Assembly (NCBI GenBank): GCA_951406725.2
Contig: OX597828.1
Location: 20,708,001-20,772,000 of the forward strand
From: Octopus vulgaris
Lineage: Eukaryota
Reading direction: 5' to 3'
Length of the DNA: 64,000 bases
Positions 54,061 through 64,000 of this stretch are shown piece after piece (position 1 is the stretch's first letter; each line of letters starts with the position of its first letter). Position numbers and translations under genes: made by a program. The notes below the pieces were generated by a model that was given only the letters and a program-made list of their open reading frames with translations, was not told where the DNA came from and made no database searches.

Positions 54061-56338
54061 TAGATACATAAAATGCTGAAGAAGGAAAAGGGATAAAAGG
54101 GATAAAAGAAGAACCCAGGTGAGCCTGGAATGGAAATTGGAAAAGTCGAGGCTTAAACTGAATGTGGAAGGGTTTGAAGTGTTTCGGTTCTTGTACGTGG
54201 TAGGAAGTTTGATGATGGTTGGAGAGGAGGGAGAGAAAGAGAGGGAGAGAGAGAGACAGACAGGGGAGAAGAGAGAGAGAAAGTGTGAGAGAGGGGAAGA
54301 GAGACAGACAGAGGAGAAGAGAGAGTGAAAGAGGGGAGAGAGAGACAGACAGGGGGTTAAGAGAGAGAGTAAGGGAGCAAGAGGAAGAGTGGGGGTAGGT
54401 GAGTGGAATCAGGATAGATAAAGTGAGAGCAAAAGAGCAAGAATGATGGAATGAAGGAGAGCGAGAGAGAAAGAGAGAGAGATGGTGGAAAAGAAAGTGT
54501 AGAGAAGATGAAGAGAGAAAGAGAAAGTGATAAAAGGGAGAGAGTAGAAGAGGGAGTGAAAGAAACAAGAAAAAGAGTGGATTAATTAACCAAAAAACAT
54601 AAAGGAGAATTAAGATGGGGGAGGTGAGTGAGTGCAAGGAGGAAGGAAATATGGGATGAGGGAGAGCAAGGGAGAGAGAGTAAAGAGAAGATGGAGAAAT
54701 GAAAAGCGAGGGGAGGAGAAGAGAGTGAAAAGAAATCAAGAGAGAGTTGGGATAAGCAAGGAGAATTAGGATAGGGGATGAGGAAAGATGGGAAGATGGA
54801 AATGAAGAGAGGATGAAGAAGAAAGTATAGAGAGAGAAAGAGAGAGGGGAAAGAGAGAAAGAGAAAGTGAGAGAGAGAATAGAGTATTACAGTTATTGCC
54901 TGGTTACAAACTGATTAGCTTTGGTAATGATTTCCAAGATAAGAGCAGAACTAGAAGTTAGCACTGATACATGTGTGTGTATATGTATGTTAACATATGT
55001 TTATAGGTACGTGTGTACATATTTAGATGTGTGTGTGTATGTGCGTGTGCGTGTGTATGTGTGTGTGTCAGGGGTGGTTCACCATGGTTACAGAGAGTGT
55101 GATGTACATTGCACAGCAGATTAAATCTGAACCATTTGTTTCCTCATACACAGGCCTCTTGTGCAAATAATGTTTGTTCCTTCTCGAGCTACGCCTGGTT
55201 CATAAGGGCTGGTTTCCCGGTTTCCTTGGTGTATAGGTTCCCCACCCAGACAGGACGCCGGTCTGTCGCAGGTGAGCTACAAGATGCAGGAGGAAAGAGT
55301 GAGAGAAAGTTGTGGCGAAAGAGTCAGCAGAAGTTCACCATTACCTTCTGCCGGACTCGCGTGGAGCTTAAGTGTTTCACTCATAGATGCACACATCGCC
55401 TGGTCTGAGATTCGAACCCACGATCCCTCGACCATGAGTCCGCTCCTCTAACCACTAGGCCATGTGCCTCCACTGTGCAAATAACAGTGTTTCTTTATTG
55501 AGAAAGATTAGCTCAGGCACGACCCTGCGGTTAAGACGTTTCTGACACAATTCTGTGATTCCAGGGTCAACACCACTTTGCACCAACATAGGCAAGCATG
55601 TCCTCTGCCACAGCTTCATGTTGACTCATCTCTATCACTGTGCAATGTCCTTGAAGTTAGTCATCCAATCATCCAGTTTAGCAACACCAGATGGATTGGT
55701 TGTTACATTTAGAAGTGTCAACCTCATCTGTCCAGCATCCAGAGAAGCCCAGTCACTGAGTTGTGGCTTCATTTCTTCTCAAACCATCACCACCAGCATT
55801 GAAGACAAAGCACTGAGCCTCTGTATGGTCATATGATCTTCTAGAAACAATAGTCAAATCTCCCTCAGATCGTTCAGTACTATCTTTAAAAGGGTCAGAA
55901 GCATTGGATATGTAGTACCCAGCTTCTCTGCGCATGAGTAAAAGATAGTGTGGTCATAGATGGAATAGTTTTGATCACAGATCTGCTTGGCCAGGGTTGA
56001 CCTAGGGCTAAACAGCAATAATAACAACAAGACCCTTCCAAGCATGTGTAAGTATTGTATGTATGCATGTGTCTATAAATATATATGTATGCATGTGTGT
56101 GTGTGTGTGGGGGGTAATTAAAGAGTGAAGTACTGAATGCTTCATGCAATAACTTTACAATTTTATGAATTTCCAGCTGAGTTAGACACACAAAAAAAAT
56201 TAAACCTAGTAGCAATTGTTAGCAACACTCAAAGAAAAGGGGAGATAAATATCAAGATAATGAAGAATATATTTGTCAAGTTAATTTACATGCTTAGGGA
56301 AATGACAGTCTGATCTTTGTGTGCAGATCAAGGGATAA

Positions 56339-56380
56339 CTATGGACATATGTTTCAGGCTATTTGACCTCATCAGCATAG
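56339..56380 (-). ncRNA. Minimal type I hammerhead ribozyme, sense to the endophilin intron
   Basis: Minus strand CUAUG-CUGAUGA-GGUCAAAUAGCCU-GAAA-CAUAUGUC^-CAUAG. Perfect 5-bp stem I and the same ACAUAUGU palindrome as the 3.4-kb copy; stem II imperfect. Confidence 0.75.
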
Positions 56381-56612
56381 GACAGTCTGAGAATGCGGGT
56401 TAGTAAACAAAATTCTATATATATATATTAAAAAAAATTACATATATTTCTGGCAAAGAGGAAATTGCACAATAAAAATAAAATGGAAAAAACTAAGGAA
56501 AATAACTGAGAGGAACCCAATGGCATAAAATAGGATGGTTAAGTTAAGGAATGTTGCACAGAATGGCATATACAAATTCCTGATTTTTCTGGTGTGTACA
56601 TGTGTATGTATG

Positions 56613-56647
<35 letters not shown>

Positions 56648-56777
56648 GTGTTCCTTTGTTTATGCATAAAGAACATGAGGTAAGACTAAATGGTAAGACG
56701 AAATGCAAAAATATATTAGTAGAAGACCCCCGTTATATAGCCTCGATATGTGTATATAAAGGTAGGTTTATGCTTAC

Positions 56778-56780
56778 CGA
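56778..56780 (-). CDS. Candidate 3-nt microexon (TCG) of endophilin-A
   Basis: Minus strand gtacttttttttctttttatttacag|TCG|gtaagc: strong polypyrimidine acceptor followed after 3 nt by a consensus donor; frame-neutral. No transcript evidence available. Confidence 0.45.
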
Positions 56781-57313
56781 CTGTAAATAAAAAGAAAAAA
56801 AAGTACAATCAATGAATATGAATATATAATTGCAAAATTGTGTATATGTATATACGAGACATAAATATAGAAAAATAGAGACATGCTGCGTACATACATA
56901 TCAATACAGACATAGATACATCGGGTTGGATACAACGATATATGGCTAAATAAATAAATAAATAAATAAATAGATAAATAAAGGGATTTGCTGGAGGTAA
57001 AAATGAATGGATTCATGTGTGTGTGTGTGTGTGTGTGCATGTGTTTCACAATCATAAGATCTCTGGTTCTCAATTTCCTTACAAGGTACCTTGGGGCCCA
57101 ATTGTCTTGTGCTAGTTCTTCAGAAGGGCCAGCCTTGTTACATAGTTTGACAGGCTGATTTAGCCTGAGGAATATGTTAAGGGTACACCTGTATGGGAAA
57201 CATTCATTCACTACTTGCGCTATAATCCAGGAAGATAATCGGTCAGACAACTAGAATGCTCATTGCTAAAACTGACAAAGATTCATCTACCTATATGTAT
57301 ATATATATGTATG

Positions 57314-57376
<63 letters not shown>

Positions 57377-57419
57377 ATATGTATATATATGTATATATGT
57401 ATATATGTATATATATGTA

Positions 57420-57496
<77 letters not shown>

Positions 57497-57564
57497 ATAT
57501 ATATATATATGTATATATATATAAATACATACATATATACATACATACATACATACATATATAC

Positions 57565-57597
<33 letters not shown>

Positions 57598-57625
57598 CAT
57601 ACATATATATATATATATACATACA

Positions 57626-57711
<86 letters not shown>

Positions 57712-57717
57712 CATACA

Positions 57718-57797
<80 letters not shown>

Positions 57798-57823
57798 AAC
57801 ATACATATATATATATACATACA

Positions 57824-57889
<66 letters not shown>

Positions 57890-57903
57890 CATACATATAT
57901 ATG

Positions 57904-57946
<43 letters not shown>

Positions 57947-57948
<2 letters not shown>

Positions 57949-58286
57949 CCTACGTTCTACTTGCCTAGAACCTGTCCTCTGAACCACCCCTCCCACTGGT
58001 GCTCCCCTATATTTCTGCACCCCCCCCCCCACCACCATTATAGGTGTCTACTCTTTGAACCCCCTCTTCAATACGCTATTCACCATGCATTACCCCTCTC
58101 TCGATATCCTACGTTCTACTTGCCTAGAACCTGTCCTCTGAACCACCCCTCCCACTGGTGCCCACCCCTCCCACTGGTGCTCCCCTATATTTCTGCACCC
58201 CCCCCACCACCACCACCACCATAATAGGTGTCTACTCTTTGAACCCCCCTCTTCAATACGCTATTTCACCATGCATTACCCCTCTC

Positions 58287-58291
<5 letters not shown>
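57947..58291. repeat. Direct tandem duplication (~160-185 nt x2) inside (TA)n
   Basis: atcctacgttctacttgcctagaacc...cccctctctcgat at 57947 and 58106. Confidence 0.9.
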
Positions 58292-58322
<31 letters not shown>

Positions 58323-58452
58323 CATACATACATATATATACACATACATATATATATATACATACATATATATATATATACATACATATTTACATACATA
58401 TATATATATATACATACATATTTACATACATATATATATATACATACATATT

Positions 58453-58489
<37 letters not shown>

Positions 58490-58673
58490 TAATAATGATA
58501 AAATGACAACAAAAGAATGAATGAGACCATGATATTATGTAAATAGAGGAATTTCAAGGCATTTTCATTGACTATCGTCTAAATAGCCGATGAAAATTCC
58601 TACAAGCTCTTAGCTCCAGTATTTGAAACTCTGAGTTTTATTATGACAACTTACTGATTGTCCTATTCTATAC

Positions 58674-58705
<32 letters not shown>

Positions 58706-59020
58706 CACCCATGCTAGCATCGAAAGTGGACGCTAAATGATGATGATGATATACTATACTATACTGAAATATTCGGTGTATGAACTTTGGATTTATGAAC
58801 TGGACAAGCAGCAAAATATAAATTTGAGGAACAAAAATATTGCAATAACTACCACTGGTCAATTTGTTAGCCAAATTTGACTACTACAGAGTGCTTAAAA
58901 AGTATTTGCCTAGATTTGTAATCCTTTTTTCTTTTATGAGGACGACATAACCGAATGAAGTGAAACAATGGGAATGAGTGCTCGACAATGCAGTGTCACG
59001 CACTCATTCCCATTGCTTAA

Positions 59021-59076
<56 letters not shown>

Positions 59077-59719
59077 TATATATATGAGATATAACACGTA
59101 CACACACATACATATGAATTCAAATAAAGAAAAATACAAAAGAAAAGTCAATGTAGCACGAATAATGTTTAGAAATGAGATGAAAAAAAAGTACTCAATG
59201 CAGAAACACAGTGCAAATATTTATGATAGAGCTTAGATTACTCTCTGTTGATATTACTCAGTTTGACATACATGGCTGATTACACAACTGCAATCAGTGT
59301 CATACAAGCAACCTAAATAAAATGACAACGAGTAACTTCAACATATATATATATATATATATATATGTGGAGGTGCATATATATACATGTGGAGGTGCAA
59401 TGGCCCAGTGGTTAGGGCAGCGGACTCGATTCCCAGACCGGGCATTGTGAGTGTTTATTGAGCGAAAACACCTAAAGCTCTACGAGGCTCCGGCAAGGGG
59501 TGGTGGCGATCTCTGCTGTACTCTTTCACTGCAACTTTCTCTCACTCTTTTTTCTGTTGGCCTGCTCGCTTAGCCAGCGGGGTGGTGTCATTTGAAGGCT
59601 AAAACAATGCGAAGCGCATTGTGATCAGCGATGTGTAGCAACATCTGATAGCCTGGTCGGTCACGGTCATCACAGTGATATATACATATATAAATATGTA
59701 TGTATGTATGTATATATCA

Positions 59720-60058
59720 TGCGCGGGGACATAGAAATAATCGGATTGAATACCCGATTGCGCAGTTAAACCATTGGGAGTGAAGGACTCCTAGCCTTTG
59801 TCATGGCATCCTTCTAGGAGAAGGCAACTCAGGTAACTGGGATAACTCTGACATAAAACCTGCGGCTCAGTGGTTACCGATGATGTTGACTTGTTCTTCT
59901 TTTCGGATTATGGCTGCTGTTGCTTAGTGAGTGGGATTGACTCAGTGCACAGCCTTTCCTCACTTAAAAAGATATCTTCTTGCACAGGCATTGCACGATA
60001 ACAACATTGATTAAGCTACGTGCAATGGCCATACTCGATAACGAGGGGGTAGCCACCA
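59720..60058 (+). mobile_element. RTE-like LINE 5' UTR-derived fragment
   Basis: ggcatccttctaggagaaggcaactc and cagcctttcctcacttaaaaag resemble RTE 5' UTR motifs (from memory); flanked by TA repeats. Confidence 0.35.
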
Positions 60059-60600
60059 TATATATGTATATACAAATACATACATGTATACTGCGCTAGT
60101 GTATCTCATGCAACATGGTCTTACCGTCCGTATTAAGTTGGTGCAACTATGATGTGAGGTGTAACTCAAGACTAATACAGAGATGAATAGCAACAACAAG
60201 CACACGGTGGCATATGGAAGCAAAGAGTGGGATGATTAAATGATAACATAAACTAAAATATTAACTGGAAGTCTTCTGGCTGGTTTATGTTCTATTGCTT
60301 GATGATTCTGTGAGCACTTTGATTGTGTAGCTCTTTATTAGATCGACTGATAGGGTGGAATGGTCATGGGTCGGAGAGACTACATACGTATTTCCATGTT
60401 GCTTACTCTTTTCTGCTGTTCCAAGTACTTATATATTTGCCGAGGGGAAATATTTCTGCTACATGTGTGCACATGCAAAGATGCATGCATGCATATATAT
60501 ATATATATATGCATATATATATGTATATATATATATGTTTTCATTCCCATATATATATACATACATATATATATATTTATATAAATGTGTTTTCATTCCC

Positions 60601-60646
<46 letters not shown>

Positions 60647-60731
60647 GTGTGTTTTCATTCCCATATATATACATACATATATATATATATATATTCATAA
60701 ACACATACATTCATAGCAACATAAACATATA

Positions 60732-60966
60732 CAGGGTGGCCCAAAAGTAGGTTTACAGTTATCATGTAGGCACTTTAAATTTCTTTTAAAACATTTTATT
60801 ACATTTAAATTTCTATCTTACAAACTGAAAAGGGAGCTTGACAAAATTAACTAAATTAGCATAGGATAATGGTTTCACATTTTTTTATAATTAAGATCTA
60901 AACTGTTAATATATGAATGCGAAAGAGATAATTGAATAACTGTAAACTTACTTTGGGGCCACCCTG
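60732..60966. mobile_element. Tc1/mariner MITE
   Basis: TA|CAGGGTGGCCCAAAAGTAGGTTTACAGTT ... AACTGTAAACTTACTTTGGGGCCACCCTG|TA. Confidence 0.88.
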
Positions 60967-62875
60967 TATGTATATATATATACACACATATGCATATCCA
61001 AAGATACACATACAGAGATGGATACAGATATGCATATACATACACAGATATACACATATTTATATGTATATATTTATATAGGTATGAGTGTATATGCATA
61101 CACACACACACACAAAGATATACATGTAAACATACATACACACATGCATAGATACATATGTATATTTATGCAGGTATGGCTGTGTAAATGAATATACACA
61201 TGTGAAAATATATATACATATGGATGCATGTGTATCTGTGCAAACATGCATGAGTGTGTATTTGTGTGCAAAAATGTGTACGTCTGTTCCCTTCTTTAAG
61301 TGAAAAGTGATGCGCATATATACATATAACATGTTGATGGTAAAAAAAAAATTACTTAAGTACTATTGACCAACCTTGGTTGCCACTAGCAACAAAGAGT
61401 TTTAGAATAAATATATAAATAAATAAAAGCAATATATATGTATATATAGATAAATAAAATATATACTAAAAACTAAGAAAAACAAAATTGGAAGCATTAA
61501 GAAAAAAATTGTTAAAAAATTTAATCTAAGGAGGTCATTATCACAGGATAAGTGAAGATGCTATGGTAGGGAAATATGGGACAGAGGTAGGGATGCAGAA
61601 GAGCTGTGAGTAAAATGGACCCTGGGTGGAGAGGAGAGGTGGTGGATGAAGACAGGGGTCTTGAAGGGTTAGTCAGTGGTTGTGTTGGGCAGAGGAGGCA
61701 GTTGGGGGTCGGGGTGGGGAGAATGTTGGGTAGAGAGGTGGTCATTAGGGGAGAGAGGTGGTCAGTGGATGGGGCGAGTAAGGGGTTTGGTTGGACAGGG
61801 AGGGGGTTGCAGCCGGAAGCAATTGGGGAAAGTGGAGTTGGTGATGAAGGCGCTGGGTGGGGGTGATTGGATAGAGAAGTGATCGGGGGGGGGGGAGGCA
61901 TTGGGGTGACCATTTTGGGTGAGTAGGTGGCGATTAGTAATGGGGTGGGTGCAGACGTAGTGGGGAGAGAGAGAGGTTGGGTGAAGAAATGGCAGTTGGT
62001 CATTAACAGTGGGTGGTGGTCTTGGTTGGATAAGGGAGGTGTTCAGGTAGGGAGAACTTGGGTAGGGATGTTAGTGGGGATAGTTAGATCATAGAAAGAG
62101 GTGCTGGGAGAAGGAAATCAGGCAAGGAGGTGGTGGTGATCAGTAATTGTGGTGGGTTGAGTGGGATGGGGGAATTGGAGAGGAGAGGGGTTGGGAGGGG
62201 AGGTGATTGGGGAAAGGACAGTTGAGTTAGAAAAGGGGTAATTAGGGAGGAGAGTGGGTAGGAAGGGAGTGACCAGTGATTGTTGTTGGTAGTGGCCATG
62301 GATGGGTAGGGAGAGAGAGCAGATGACGCAGGCAGAAAGGGAGAGAAAAATTTGGAAGATACAACAATTAAAAAATAAATAAATAGATAATTTTTTTAAA
62401 AAAACGGTGTTTGAAGAGGAGTCAGTAGCTTAGGGTAAACAATAACGAGGGGTTGATAAGTGTCGGGGGGGGGGTATGCAGAAATAGTAATAAGTGGGTA
62501 TGTGGGTGGGTAATTGGTTAAATTAGAGTAAATCACCCAGGGTATTGATTAAAGACTTCTTTTTTTTATTTAAAAGCAATAAAACCAAAAAAACTAAAAA
62601 TTTAAAATAATTAACTATTTTTTTCCAGTATTGAATACAATGGCAGAGAAAGCCTCACCACAAAAACAAATAATTTTTTTTTTTAATTAAGCTAAGCAAT
62701 TAAGTGATCTATTGTTGCATAAATTAAGGCAGCAGATGTAGAGGGCTGAATACAACAGGTAATGAAAAGCACTAGAAATGCTATGTTCTGGTGCTCCAGC
62801 AGGGACTTAAGCCAGGGATGATTGATTAAAAATGATTCAGCTATAGTTGAAGAATTTAACGAAATACAAATACAC

Positions 62876-62919
<44 letters not shown>

Positions 62920-63037
62920 CGTGATATCTCGTGACCGACCAGGCTATCAGATGTTACTACACATCGCTGGTCACAATGCGGTTTGCATTGTTTTTTTAGC
63001 CTTCAGATGACGCCACCCCGCTGGCTAAGCGAGCAGG

Positions 63038-63087
<50 letters not shown>

Positions 63088-63277
63088 TATATATACATAT
63101 ATATATACATATATATATCCATCTAACTTTTCTGCACCCTATTCCTGAAGGGTTATGGGAAAAGAGTCCCTAGGCACCCACTTCATAGGGTTCAATCAGA
63201 AGCGACCATCAGCAGGCTTTCCAATTGGATTCTTACACACAACTGACTCCAGGCATCTCGCTTGTCATCTACCCCTA

Positions 63278-63321
<44 letters not shown>

Positions 63322-64000
63322 GGTATGATGGGTAAACTGTTGCCATTTTATCGTTTTAATTTCGCGCATGCGCACATTGTTTGATTAACAATGGGAAAAC
63401 CCAAAAATTTGGGTGGGGAGGGTAAAGGATTCATTTTATAGACAAAGCAACAAATTTAGCTCTGCCACCTATAGAAAGAACAAACGGGAAGGAAAGGCTG
63501 ACGGAGTTGAAAACAGAGGAAAATAAAAGGAGGGTTGAACCATGTGAACACACACTAAAGATGTGAAAGAAGAACAAAAAAAGCTTTCCACCTCTCGCTC
63601 TTTTTATTGTGGGGTAAGAAAAAGGGTGAGGATTTATCATGCAGCAATCAATGATCACAAAAAGCATTACCTTATTTATCTGAGGTTGTCAACAGTTAAG
63701 ATAAATACTCAAAGATATGTAGTTATTTCATCAAATTTTTATTTTCAATGATTTTAGTAAATTTTTTTGATATTTTTTTCAAAATCGAATTTTTTTTTTT
63801 TTTGTAAATAATTCTGCGAGATTAAAGGTTCAAATGATTAAGAGAACAATTAATTTAGTCATGATTTTTTTGCTCTTTTCATTTTGTTATAATTCTATTT
63901 TATTTTATTTTCGTATTATTTTTCTTGCTTCACCTATATATCAACATACATCCTTATACGTCCATCATTTTGGCTTACCCAATAGGGGATAAAAAGGACA

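Noticed and set aside
61521-62003. 160-aa proline-rich ORF
   Set aside because: By-product of the C-rich strand skew, with no splice or domain support.
37571-64000. Upstream endophilin BAR exons (e.g. the RRLD.D.KK segment)
   Set aside because: Not found by eye; presumed to lie beyond the window end, although a missed exon cannot be excluded.

Overview
AT-rich, microsatellite-saturated animal genomic DNA. The SINE/MITE families match those I recognise from octopus (coleoid cephalopod) genomes; the species is inferred, not shown. The only protein-coding gene I can support is the 3' part of an endophilin-A (SH3GL/EndoA) gene on the minus strand. Four GT-AG exons (37570-37470, 36497-36394, 33294-33119, 29871-29678) splice in frame to give the C-terminal half of the BAR domain, a linker and the SH3 domain; I found no upstream exons in the window, so 37571-64000 is probably one large intron. 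Nearly all other ORFs in the track are microsatellite artefacts. The rest is tRNA-derived SINEs, DNA-transposon MITEs (Tc1/mariner-pogo, hAT, piggyBac) and minisatellites. The most notable hidden structure is a set of non-coding, often fold-back elements, mostly in or near (TA)n tracts, that carry type-I hammerhead ribozyme motifs with palindromic stem III, the Penelope-like/retrozyme signature. Clear cases are at about 3.4, 48.6 and 56.36 kb (the last sense to the endophilin pre-mRNA), with decayed cases at about 12.4, 28.6, 32.0, 40.4 and 58.6 kb. Also notable are a candidate 3-nt microexon (56780-56778) mapping to the BAR-domain tip and a five-unit piggyBac-MITE tandem array nested in a hAT element with a perfect 8-bp TSD. 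All alignments and folds were done by eye.
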